From Bispira polyomma (Eukaryota): a stretch of DNA of 64,000 nt. Location of the stretch: positions 54,560,001-54,624,000 of the forward strand of contig OZ287753.1 in NCBI GenBank assembly GCA_965649765.1, read 5' to 3'. Of this stretch, positions 47,787 to 61,700 are shown one piece after another (the stretch's first letter is position 1; every line of letters starts with the position of its first letter). The translations under genes and the position numbers were made by a program. The notes below the pieces were generated by a model. It made no database searches and had not been told where the DNA came from. It saw only the letters and a program-made list of their open reading frames with translations.

Positions 47787-50700
47787 GTTTTCTTTTTTTT
47801 TAAACATTTTATTGTTGTCATAGTATTTCAATTACAGTAGACAATGAAAAAAGTGGCATAAATTATTAATCAAAAACATACATTACATTACGAATTACAT
47901 ACACAAACATATTTCATAAAATTCTGTCTAACAAACAAGATATATTCTGTTCCATGTTTCAATAATAGCTGTTTTATTATGTTTTATTCTTCAAATTTTG
48001 TCGTTGATTCTTTTTTCCAAAAGATTTTATAAAAATGAGATCGAAAGACCTTTATATTCTATATTTTATTATTGTATATGTACCATTCGGCATATATAAT
48101 GGCAAAGTTGATGGCACTCATTACTGTTTCTTAAGAACAAGGGATACCTAATAGAACTTCTAGTACAGTTAAGTCTAGCTTTATTTTAAATGCTTCCAAT
48201 ATAAATTCCTTCACTATCAACCAGAGAAGAGGAGTTACTAAATTACAGTAATAAAAAAGTGCTCAATTGTGTCAATAGCTAGGCACTCTTCAGAATACTG
48301 AGAACCAAGATTATAATTGCAGGTAAAAATCTGTTCAAAATTTTCTATTGAAAGCTTTGTAGTCTAGGTTCCTGACAAATAATTTTAGGTAAATTAAACA
48401 CACTTGACCAATCTAAGGACTCTAGGAAAGGATAGTATTCAACCTATTTGTTAACTGCAGGTGGATAATTATCGGAATAAGTTAAATGTTCATATATGTC
48501 CTTACTTTTAAGTTTATTATGTTCTTGTGTATGTGTGGGACATCATAGAGGGTAAGTTTTTGAGGTTTGATATTTCTCTTCATGATGTTCTTCCATTCTT
48601 TTGGAATTGCACTTATTAAGGAGTTGTAAAGTGGGGAACTGGCAACTGAATTTTTCAACTACTTTGGTCTACTATCTTCCCCCAGAGAAAACTGAAAAGC
48701 AATTTGTTGATTTCTTTAACAAACGTTTGTGGTACATGTACCATACTACAGATATTAATAATGTGACTCAAAATTAGACTTTTAATAATTAAAACTTTAC
48801 CTTTTAAACTTAGAGACTTGGCTGACCAGATGTTTGTAGTTTTCTGGACACTTCTAAGTTTAGGTTTTAAGTTTAGTTCATACATCTCAGTCTTGTTGGA
48901 AGAAATCCAAACTCCTAAGGTTTTCAAATGACCGGTCCTCGGTTGTTTTCTCAAAATCTTGTCATCTACTGGTTTTCCATCAATAGAGATGATTTCAGTT
49001 TTTAGTTTTATTGAGTTCTAGACCTGAACAATAACCAAATAATTCTAATTTGTGAAATACAAGATGTAGGGATTCTTGGTCTCGAAGAAAGAGAGTCGTA
49101 CCGTTGGCTAGTTGGTTGATTTTATATTGTATTTGGTCAACTTTTATACCATGTATATCATTATCGGTTCTCAAATGGATTGTTAATATTTTAACAATAA
49201 TAAGAAGTAGTAATGCACTTAGGCAACAACCTTGCCTTATCCCACGATAAATTTTGAAAAATGATGAGGCTTTACCGTTGTTCGTTAAGCAACTTTCCAT
49301 ATCTGTGTATATGGTTTTCACTAGAGATATGAATTTTATTGCCGAAATTGAAGCTCTTAAGGCAGTTTAAGACAAAAGACCAACTAAAGGAGTCAAATGA
49401 TTTTTGACGTCTACCAGGACTAGCAGCCCAGAGAGATCAAAAGTATTACACTAATCAATTAAGTCACTTATGGTACGTATATTTTTACCAATGAATCTCC
49501 CCTTTATATAGCCGACCTTTTCAAAACTAATAAGTTTGGACAAAATCTTTTGTAAACATGAAGCATAACTTTTGTCAAGATCTAGAATCTGTGTTTAGTA
49601 CACTAATAGGTCTCCAGTTTTTCAGATCACATTCCTCTTGATCTCTCTTTGGTACAAGGGTTATGACGCCTCTTTCTTGATCAATCGATACCTGATTGTT
49701 TTTCAATGACCATTTGAAGCTGTTAAAGACAAATTTTGAATTTTACTCCAAAAAATTTTGTAAAACTCTATGGGAAGATCATCACAGTCAGGGGATTTAT
49801 TGTTGGACAAATGTTGCAGGGCTTCACCACACTCTGCTATTGTTATATTTTCATTGCAGAATATTTGATCCTCTACTGAGAGTTGTGGAATCTTTGAATT
49901 AGAGAGGAGTATGTTTTTAATTCTATCTAACTCTTCTTTTGGTATTGATGATTGATTTGTATTATAAAGGTTTTATTAGAAATTTTTCTCCTACTTCAGA
50001 ATCTTTTTTCATCAGTGATTAGCCCATTTGTTGTATTTAAACATCTGATACATTTAGAGTGATAGTTTTGTTTTTCACAGTTTTAGAAATTTTTCTCGTT
50101 TGCTTCTAGGAAATGAACTTTGGACCTTGCAATGAGACCTTTAGCTCGTACCTCATAGATATCATTCAATGATGATTTTATTTCAGAGTGAAGATCTAGT
50201 AACTCAGGTGAAGGTCTCTCGCATAATTTAGTCTCTATATCGTAGTTTAGCCAATAAAATAGTTTCAGTTTTTCATTTCTCTTTTGCCTTAAAAGAAGAA
50301 TAAGATTTTGTGACACCGCATATTCTACATTTAACATAATCCCAGAATAGCGCTTTATTAGTAAATGTAACACCTTCTTCAGTAAGCTCTTTCTGTTCAG
50401 CATTAATTTTCTCAATGTACAGTCTGTCTAGTGATAGACTGACATCAAATTTATAAAAACCTCTACCTCTGACCCAATCTGAGGATTCATTAAAATTTAT
50501 GTGTATCAGACTGTGATCGGAGTTTATGCTCGGATATATAAAAGATTTTATGTTTTGAAATTGTAATGCCTGTTATATGAAAAACATGTCCAACGTGAAT
50601 GAACCCAGCCACCTTTGCTTTTATTTCGCCAAGTATACCTGTAGGTATCAGGATGTTGTACACGCTATATGTTGCATAGGTTAAACTCTTTCAAAATATT

Positions 50701-51262
50701 GTTTAACTGTTTAGAATATTCTGAGGTTGTTTCAAAAGCACCACCCTTTCTATGTATTTTGGAATCCATGTAAGTATAAAAGTCTCCTCCTAGATTTATC
50801 GTTTTACCCATATACAGCAGTAAGTTATTTCTTATAAAGGTTAATAACTGTTTCTGTTCTTGTAAATTGTTTTTGTTGGGGCATATATATTAACAAGTAC
50901 TATCTCAGTGTCATTAATTGATATATGAAGTAATAAAAATCTGCCACTACCTTCAGTAATTTGGTCAATAACTTTAGGATTGTAGTTGTTAGGGATTAGG
51001 GTACATACACCGCTAGAGTTATTGGTTATGGCTGAACCGTACATTTTAATTTTTTAAATCGTTATGGCTGAACCATACATTTTAATTTTTTAATCTTTTT
51101 CCCAGTTAACTTCTTTTTCATTACTGGAGTGGGTTTCTTGGAAAAGAGTTTTACCTTTATAATTGTCTTCTGGCCATTGTATAACTGAAAGTCGCTTATG
51201 ATGGCTATTCAATGCATTGGTGTTCAGGCTAAAAACCTTTAGGTTATTTTTATTAGCCATAT
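47787..51262 (-). mobile_element. Degenerate L1/Tx1-clade LINE ORF2 (APE endonuclease plus RT) with poly(A) tail
   Basis: MANKNNLKVFSLNTN, LFQETHS, VLVNIYAP, INLGGDF, DHSLI (APE); YRGIRQGCCLSALL, INQLANGTTLF, SGLELNKTK, LSLKGKVLIIKSL (RT); aataaa plus A-run at 47787-47815; many stops and frameshifts. Confidence 0.9.
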
Positions 51263-52727
51263 TCATTCAATTGTTGTCAGGTTATAATTAAACATAATTT
51301 CACCATTGGAATGTATTAAGTAATAAACTGTGACAATGTTGGAACTTTTGAGCAGTACAAGTGAAGAATCACAATACAATTTTGCCAACAAAATAGTTTT
51401 TTGATAAGTTAAGACATTTGCCATTACATGAAACATAAAATAGAGTATAATTTTTGATTTTGCAATAGAAATAAAATATAAAAACATAGAAGATACAGAT
51501 GAAAAAAGAACAAAAAGCTTGTGATGGACCGAGATAGCTTAACTCAAAAACTATGGGCAGGTAAAAATACACACCTGTGTAGAAATAGTCAATCACAGTG
51601 CACATTTTGGTTTAAATATTGACTTACATACAAACCAGTTACAAATTAAGCGGCATTATTTTTCATACAGTTTTTACTAATGCCTAGAGAAATCCAATTA
51701 ACTTTTATAACTTGACTCAACTGATACAGATATAGCTTTGTGTAAGTCATGATTTGACAGTAAGGATGAAATAGAAAGAGTTACGTAAATAGAAGATGCA
51801 CATCATCACAAAACATATTATAACAAGGTATAAAATATACTAAAATACTAACAAACATTCAGTCATCAAACATAGCATCAGTGATGCCCAAACCCTGCAT
51901 GTGTGGGGTATGATATGGGTCTTTTTTGGCATGTTTAATATCCAATCAATTAGGGATCTTTTTATATCTAAAAGAATATGGCTCAGTAATAAGTAGTGAT
52001 CAATTAAATTGTCTTGTTGATTACTTATGTGGTAAATACTGTAAATTAACTATTTAGAGTTATCTGATTAACTGTCTCTTGCAGTTTGTAAATATGTTTC
52101 CAATTCTAAATATTTTTTTGTAACCTATACACAATCAGTATGAATGAATCAATAAATTTAAAATAAATATAGTTCACACGAAATTGTGAGGTTGCTCATC
52201 TACAATCCCACACATTTTTTTGTTCTAAATAATAAATTTCTGAAAAATTTAAATTATTAGATCCAAAACCGTTGATTTGTAAATGTGGCGCTATTGTAGG
52301 AAGTCATAGTGAAGCTATCATGTCATACTTAAATATACAATCCCCAACAAAATTTCTAGAAATCACAGATATACCATACCACACATCACAAAGCTTATTG
52401 TATCCCAGATAAAGCATAATACCCTACTAATCAGCCAAAGTTAGATTATACATTCACTTTTTAACATGTTCTGTAATACAAGAGTTTACTACGATAAACA
52501 TATATAAATATTGGATCATACAACAACAACAAATTTGTAAAAATAGTCAAATATTTAGCTCTTAAACTTAACTAATCTAAAAATCTTCCATTTTGTTAAT
52601 AATTTTACTAAAACTGAATTTATTTATATATCTAAAATATGGTTTTACAGTTTTGTAATCCAAAGTAATTTATTCTCTATACAATTGGCACAAAAAACAC
52701 CCCAAACTAATTAAATGTTGTTTCTTT

Positions 52728-55700
52728 TTATACAGCCATAACTCCTTCCAGCTTCAATACCCAGGCCCAATCACAGGGTATCATAGTAGCCGGTATCTTG
52801 GATACATCAATGCTCATCCCCCCTCCGGCTCCTGGCATCTGTGAGATTTCTCCGGCGTAGCCCAGTAAGGACACCTGGGACTGAGTGTATGCTTTGACGG
52901 AGCCTAACACCAGTGAGGGAGTGGGCCATTTGTTGAGTACGATGGCATAGACTGTAGTCCTGGAGCCACTTGTCTTGGAGGTGTACCTAGATAGGAAGGT
53001 GGTAGTACAGTAAGGTCTCTATTGTCAGAACAGTGTTGGAAACAATTCTGGAATTCACAAGACAGGACGTGGCCATGTTGGATTTTGGCACACGAATACA
53101 AAATAAGAAACCTTAACAACTATTTTAGGGTAATAGGTTGAAGCTAGGTGGAGTCACTAAAACACTTACGCTCAACACACTACTTTGGCATTCAATAACG
53201 GATTTTAGTATAATTCTTTTGAACAGGGAATTCTGCGGTACTGATTTTTCTATTATAACGAACTGAAGGAAACTAAAATAATATTAAAATAATGCAATAT
53301 GCTAATTATTATTGATGGAGAAGCAAAGAGAGATAAATGCTGACTCAGTATTTTAAAATAAAAGTTGTTTTGGCTCACTGATCCTCTGTGAGATTGCAGA
53401 CCAGTATCTAAAATTGTAAAATGTTGTCCCTCCTGTACCACTCACCAGAGGTTAGGGGTGATGCTGTCATTCTGATGTACCCAGGGCACTGACTCATAGA
53501 TGGCTTCACCATTCACCCCAAGCCAGGTACCCATCTGTCTCAGACGTTCCTCATAGATTGGAGCTATCCTACCAGCAAGTGTGGGGCCAATGTTCATCAG
53601 AAGGTTACCACCACAGCTAGAACAGGTTCACAATATAATCAAGTATTATGATAATCTGTGAGGTCAGTGGTATAAAGAAAGTACAGCAGAACCTCTATTA
53701 TACAAACATGACGGGAGAGCAAAATATAGTTTAGATAATTAAATGTCCATTAAACAAAAGAGGTATTTTTGTATGAAACACTGGGAACATATGAATTGGG
53801 GAGACTGACAATATCTTCATAAAATTTAATATTCGAATAACAGAAGTTCGGATAATAGAGTTTTTACTGTACATCTAGGATTTTTTCAAATTTACAATTT
53901 ACCTTGGCAAAAAGTCAGTGGTAAAAAGAAATTACATTTGTTTTTTCAGATTTTCTTCTGGCAAGGAGGTTGTGGTACCGGTCATATAAATCGGTTTGCT
54001 TGTCACCAGGATATTGCAAAATAATTACCAAAGTGATTTACATGAAATTTATGGGAGGGATGGGACATAGGCCAATGCAGAATACAAGAATTTTGGAATT
54101 ATAATGTAGCTGAAGCACACCAAATCAGTCCTCGTTTTTATGAGGTTCTAGCCACTCCGCGTAGGCAAGCTACCGATAAGCATACAGTTCCAATGGGTCA
54201 GTAACTCAATTGCAATAAAATATGGAGTTGCTCCAAGTGGAAGAGAATATTTCGGAATTTTTGTTCACTTAATGGCACTGTGGCAGTTGTGAGCGCTATA
54301 TCATAACATAACATTCCCATTTGGGTGTTGATGTTTCTAATGTTAACATGAAGAAAATAGTAACATATAAAATGTAACACAGTTTCCTTGAATTATTAGA
54401 GAAGGTCAGTGAATTATTATAAATAATATTTACTAATTTAAACCAAAAATTTGTATAAAAGGTAACATAGATTACTTCAATGCCCACAGAGGTTAAGTCA
54501 ACTTTTTTTAACCTTCATACAAACCATCATAACTCATGTATGAATCAAACATCTATCTCTTTAGAAAGAAAAGCTATAACTTTGTGTATTACAATAATTA
54601 AAGTACTACAGCTGGGCCAATAATCCCAGATATAATTCAAGCTTAAACTCAACTCAAGTGATGGCTTTGTGGAAGTCCTTCTATACAGAAATAATGTAAA
54701 CTAGTGACCATTCATTTTAGAGAAGCTTTTAGTGTTGAATTCAAAAAAAGGGGGCCGCGGTGGCCTAGTGGTTAGCAAGCATTGCGCTTCACAATCACTG
54801 GTCTCTCACCTCTGGGATCGGCTGGCATGGGTTCGACTCCCATCGATGCCTATGTGGGAAAGGTGGTAGTTCCTTACTGTGGGCCGCTGGTTTCAGTGCA
54901 GAACCTTGATCAACTGTATGCAATGTTTCCTCCAGTGTTTTCAACTACCCGTCTCAATATAACCTAAACAAGTACTAGAGTGGACGTTAAATATCCCAAT
55001 TCAAAGTGCTGAATTCAAGAATGGAGTCAAATCACTCTAGCCAGATCTGGGCTTAATTCTGAGTTGAGTGTGAGAATTTTAGAGAATACTGCTTTACCTG
55101 ACAGTTTTAGCTAGCTTGCCAATCAGGTCATTTATAGTGAAGTAGTCTGAGAATGGGGCATTTCTTCTAAAACCCCACGACTTCTTGTCGATGGTCATAG
55201 CATTTTCCCACTTGCGCTTTTGCAACTTTCCTGTAATGGGTGTTAAACAAAGTATGCTTATAAACACAGGGAACATTTATTGAATGTTTCCATCTAGCTC
55301 CCTTAGGAAACCATACAAAATATGTGGAGAAAATTATAGAAATGTTGCAACCCTAGGACTAGTGTCACCTTTCTTAAAAACATATTAGATGGAAATTAAG
55401 ATCTACTTGTCCACTTTGCATGAAATCATTGATTTTCCAGAAATATAAAAGAAACAAGAAACCTAGAAAAGGTGCAAAACAAGGGCTTGTTTCACCTATT
55501 TTTGTATTTAGGTTTTGTATCAAGAAGACTTTCCTTTTCTCATGTTTAGGTTATATGGTTACGCCACGTACAGAATCAAAAACTAAGTATCTTTGAATTT
55601 TAAAGTTACTTGAGGTCAAGATTCATTGAACAAAACTACCTATCTAAAATTGCAATACAAAATGATAAATTTATGGAATAATGGAATATTTACCGTATTA

Positions 55701-58700
55701 AAAACTAAGTTATTATAACAAATTAATATGTATATCTTGCATTTGAATTAGAAACTAGCAATGAGAATGAAAATGATTTTGTTTATGTGTTGTTTTGAAT
55801 ATTCAAATATGGCCGATTAATACTCATGTGCATGAAGTTATTGTAAGGGCCTCGATTGGGGTTATCTCCCTTAGCCTCGGAGGTTCAAATATATTGTTAA
55901 AAAAGGGTAGCTAAAGAATTTTGAAGACGAAAAAGCAACAAAAAAAAACCCACACTGTATAGATCACTCCATCGCCTTCGTACTTCCACTTGTCAACGAA
56001 TTAGTTACTCTCAGCTCCCTCATGAAGACTAACCCATTAACGGCCAGGTACCCATGTTTTCACCTGGCTGGAGATGAACAACTTTGTGTGAAGTACCCTG
56101 TCCAAGTGTACAATCTGCAGGCCAGCACTGATGATAGAACCTGGACCCTAAAATCTAACGTCAGACACTCTAACCACTATGCCATAGAGACCATAGTTTT
56201 TCTCTTTCTGACATTAGCTTCCCCTAGCTGTTAGTAGGCTTTATACCAAGCAGACCTACCTGGGATAGGTCTAAATCCACAGTATGTTAGTACTTTGAGT
56301 ATCAAGCAGACCTAACCTGGATTGTATCTGTCATGACACGTGTAGTATCCTCCATGGTGACAGGTAGAGCCAATACCCCATCTGTCATTGGTCACCACTG
56401 TGTCTTTCACTGGACTACACACCAATATAGATTCACAACATACAGTCAACAACACATCTTTTAATCTAATCTAATCACACTTTTATAGCGTTTAATCTTC
56501 ATACAAAAAATTCTAAGGCGCAACTAACCCAAATCTGACATGGCAGTTGACTATGTTTTATACAAAGGAAAAAATACGGAAATATTTTCAAATAATGATA
56601 TTCTTGTAAATAAGTGCTTATAGGTTGGCCATAAATGATAATATTGTGTATGGCTATCGGATTTAACAATACAACCACAAACTAAATGAAAAGATGTTTT
56701 TTTTTTGTCTGTTATAAGTACCATGTCAGATTTGTAAACTTTTCGCTTATGATAATCGCTATATCGCTGGGTGGCTACAAAAGCTATGAAACAGTGACAG
56801 AAAACTCGGTCTGACTATAGTGTTTAAATTTCCAATAAAAAATGTCTATGTATCTATAAAACTAGTTGACATCAAATCTATGATAGTAATTGATTTGTTT
56901 TGAAAGCATTCTGTTACACTGATTCTGATTGGTGTTACCTAGGTTCCCAAGAATACTCAGTACTACTCACCTTTCATTGTAGAGCCATGCCAGGAAGTTG
57001 GTACTGTTCCAGTACTCGGGTGTAGCTTCCCAGTCACCATCTGACCAAATGACCTCCGGCTTGTAGGTATTCACTATGTCATACAACTCATGCATTGTCT
57101 TGTCCTAAAACATATACGTTATCTTTGGAATATTTTATCTGTAAAAGTCATATTAACAGAGGTTTTAGTTACTTCAATAATAATTGTCACAACTAGTTGT
57201 ATGCGAAAAGTAACTACATTCAAACCCATTTAAGTAGAACTCTATTGAGTCAATTTTTCCAGTATAAAATCTATAGTTCATTTTTTTTTTAAATAACTTA
57301 CATAAAATCAAGCCTCAGATCAGAAGAAATAGAGTAGAACCTCTATTACAAGAAAATAGAAAAATATAAATTTTGCTAATGTATATAGAGTGGAAATGTA
57401 TTCACAAAATCGAATATTTGAATAATAATAGTTCAGATAATAGAAGTTCCACTGTGCCTCTACATAAGCAGGATCTACACTTAACAGGGTAAATTTAAAA
57501 AAAAAATATATTTTACTGGGATTACATCAATACTGCATGACAATGGTATCCTAAATAGTTTTTGTTCGGGCAAGGTTTTCTGCCCTGAAAACCACCGATC
57601 AAGTCAAGTCCACTGCCAAATTTCCAACATATATGGAAAAACCCCAAGATTTCAAACCCACGATGGCAGAGGTGGAAGGTGAGCATGTTACCACTCCTAA
57701 ATAGATTTACTTCGGTAATAAACATATATACTACATACCTGTGTACTTACCCTTACAAACGCTTGTGTCTTGAAGCCATTAGCCTTATCTTGTAGATAGA
57801 GGGGGTTGAACCATTCATACAGTGAGTGATATAAACCAAAGTGAATGTCTTTAGCCTTATGAACTGCATCAGCCAGCTCACCTATATACAATACAGGGAT
57901 AATAAACAACTGTCTCCATACTCTTTAAACTACTTAGCTAAGTTAGGTAAATACTTAACTTGATTTTTATGGCTACCCTTGCCTCTTATTGGACATATTA
58001 ATCTTTAGATTGTAGCTTTACTAGTAAGTTCATTGTTTCTCGAAAACAGTGTATTAATTGCTCTTTCATGACATATAAATCTTAAAATTTTAGCTTAAGT
58101 AATTACAGAGAAAGCAGAATTTGATCAATGCCTATTTATCACCAAACTTTTAAGATTTTTACAACAATTTCTTCACAAAGCTCAAATAATTTTCATTAGA
58201 TTTGGAAACTGTTTGGACTGTCCAAAAGCACAAAATAATAGCTTTCTGGTGATATAAAAACGAAAATTTAAGGTTAAATATTGATGAAGATAGAACAATT
58301 TAATGCAGTATAATATTAAGTAAACCATTTTTTTGTAATAATATACAGAAACCGGGGTTTTAAAATATGTGTGCAAAATTTGGGTTCCTTGTTGTCGGCT
58401 GTGTGTAGTCAATAATAATAATGCTGAACGATATTTTTTTGAACTTTATTTTTCGTAGAACTCGCTGGGAGTGTTGGGGTCACTTTCAAAATGTCTGATG
58501 AAACTGTATAACTTACTAAAATAAACTCTTATATTGGGTGTCTTGAAAATGCATACACTTGGTAAGCACTTAAAGCAGATGAGCAAGAAACACTATTTTT
58601 AGCATATTTTAACCTCTTAAGTTGAAGCATACCATAGTGTTCTCTGTTATTTTGCCCTAAAAATGATACACTTACTTCACTCTATTATGAAACCCCAAAT

Positions 58701-61700
58701 CCTATTAGCTTGCATAAATTTTAATGAGAATTTTGATAGAGCTCAAGCCAGGTCTGAATCTGGTAAACTAATATGTGAAAGACGTCAAAGTGTCAGCTAC
58801 TTTTGATTACGTTTAACATTTCAATGTAATGGTCTTACAACTTCAACAGTAATGCCCTTTATATAAAAGAGTTAAACAAAAAGATCAATAGAGTGGTTAA
58901 ATTTCTATATCACTGGCATCAATGGTAATTCAACAGAACAAACAGTTGCTTGTATCAAAGTTCACCACAATATTTCTGATTAAGATGAAATAATTGTTTA
59001 AATATATAACTGTCAAAATGACTTTAATGGCCTCAAATTTAGTTTTTCACAACATTTGACATAGTGAAATAGTTAAAATATAAAAACATATCTCGTACAG
59101 TTTAAACAGAAAAAAGTTTAAAAACCACCCTATCAATGAGTGAGACTAGCCTTGCCAGACTCACTCATTAAAAATGTGTAAACAATTAAACACTAACATG
59201 TTTTACAGTTAAGGCAGTTCTATAACGGTAGGGCATTTTACATTCTTATGTATTTGCTAAGCTAATTAAGGATTTAAGCTAAATTTTTTACGAGAATACT
59301 AACTGAAGTACTTACTTAGCTATTTGTTATACTTTATTTCATATTGCTTTAAGCCTACAGTATTTGACAAGTAATTGTTAAATTATTGTCATCAGTGATT
59401 GAGAATAGCCTCATATAAGCATGCAACACATTGTATGTATGTCTCCTATGAACTGGTCACACCTACGCATGCCATCGTCCCACAACGTTGCAAAACAATA
59501 TAAACTGAAAACGTTTCAGTTTTGTGTCAGAGTGATGTAATTTTCATAAAGTCGATTGTGAAATTTTGTGATGATGTTAGTAATTTCGAGTCGGTTGGCA
59601 TTACATTCTACTATGTTTATTCTAGGTACTAAAACAATTCAAAACGCCACACACACGTAGCTCCAGCACGTGCCTTTTACATGTGGAATCAACAATTTAA
59701 ATTTAGAGCAACCCCACAAAATCGCATTAAAACACCTGGTCACACCTACACATGCTATCGTTCTACAACGTAGCAAAGCAATATAAACTGAAAACGTTTT
59801 AGTTTTGTGTCAAAGTGATGTCATTTTCATGAAGTTGGAGTCGATTGTGACATTTCATGATGATGTTAGTACTTGTACACACTTTCTGCTACGATTTGTT
59901 TCGTTGAGGTGACGAGTGGGTGGAAAAATCAAACACTTTACTGGTAGGATATCACTACCTACTACTACGTAGAGATACTGTACTGCTACCTACTGCTGCG
60001 TTCTGCTGCGTTACGATACTTAGTGAAACATTCAATGATGAATACAGACGAGTGGAGACAATAGCACTACTTACTGCTACTTACTGCTATGTTACGCTAC
60101 GTTATGCTACTTATACAGATGAGTGTAGATGTCCTCGAGAAACGGAAAGCTTTGCCATGATTATTTAAAACAGTTTGAAATAATCGTGGCAGTGGACTAA
60201 ATGGAGACGTTTCCAAAAGGATATTATCAGTTAGGCAACGTCACAGAACAAACGCAGCAAGGATCTTCACTTTGGCATTACATTCTACTATGTTTATACT
60301 AGGTAATAAAACAATTCAAAACGCGACACACACGTAGCTCCAGCATGTGTAGGTGTGACTGGCCTTTTACATACAGAATCAACAATTTAAATTTAGAGCA
60401 ACCCTAAAAATCGCACTAAAACACATGCTCTAAATACTGGGGATAAATATTGCAAAAACAGTATTTGACTTGGTTTAATACCTTTAAGTGTATATTCTTA
60501 ATGGTACATAATTCTATAAAGCTCTCTAAAATGAGCCTTATAAATGCTTACCAACAAGATCTCTCTTTGGTCCTACCTCCATGGAATTCCAGTTAAAAGA
60601 TCGCTTTGATGGCCACATGGTATAGCCGTCATGGTGCTTACTGGTCAACACCACGTATCTACATTCAAATAATGACCAAATCTGGCTGTAAACCCTTTTT
60701 ACCGAACATTGTACATTTGATAACGAATTGGCAACCAGTGTCATTATATTTTGTCAATATAATTCTTGCAGAATTTTGTGAAAATTGGCCGAGAACTTTT
60801 GGGTTAATCCTTAATTACACCACATACTAGGTAGTACATGTACATCTTAAAAGAACAATACAACTAAATTCGGTGCACAAAACACCAAATTTTATTATCT
60901 AAATTTAGTGTATTTAATGGAAAATGTAATGTGCTATATAAAATCAGATTCTATAACATCATATTAACAATGCAACTTTTGATTTTCTACTAGACCATTA
61001 CATATGTTTTATCTATTTTCATACAACATCATGGTCATGTTCCAACATGTTCAAAGGGAGTTAATCAAGCTGCTGCTACTACACCAACATTGTTTGAATT
61101 TTTCTAATGAGATACAAGACATGAGCAAGACTACTATCTGGGCCCGTTAAGCACCATATATAGCGCCAATTATAACGACAGAATTATAATGCCATTTTAT
61201 AGATCCACAAGTTATAGCGTCAGAATCTTTAATCCACCTTAAGTGGTTTTGAGACTGGTTGAGTGAATCAATAATTTAAAGTAGGGACACACATGTTAGA
61301 GCCCCTCCCCCACTGCCCTTTGTTCGAGTAAAAGGTTTGACATCTTGTAAATTGGGGGCAATTGTATATCAGTCCCTCATTGATAGAATTGTTAATATTT
61401 TCTGTAATAATGGTTTTGATTTTCAAAAACAAGAGCTTAAACTGTACACACACGTGTTACACACTCCCCCTTCATACCCCCTCGCCACTGCCTCTCATTC
61501 CTGTAAAAAGGGTTTGCATGGTGAACATGTGTGTTGGATATCTGTGTGTGGTTATTCTGTATCATTAGTGTTTATGACCTCTATTGAATTTCTTAAATGT
61601 AGCTGCTGAAAAGCAAATGAGCTTGAACAGGTCTTTATCGCGATACTAAATATGTATACCTATACTATTAAAAAATACAATGACCTTTTTTTATTTTCAA

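Noticed and set aside
51024-51095. ~36-bp tandem duplication in the L1 endonuclease region
   Set aside because: Ordinary post-insertion decay
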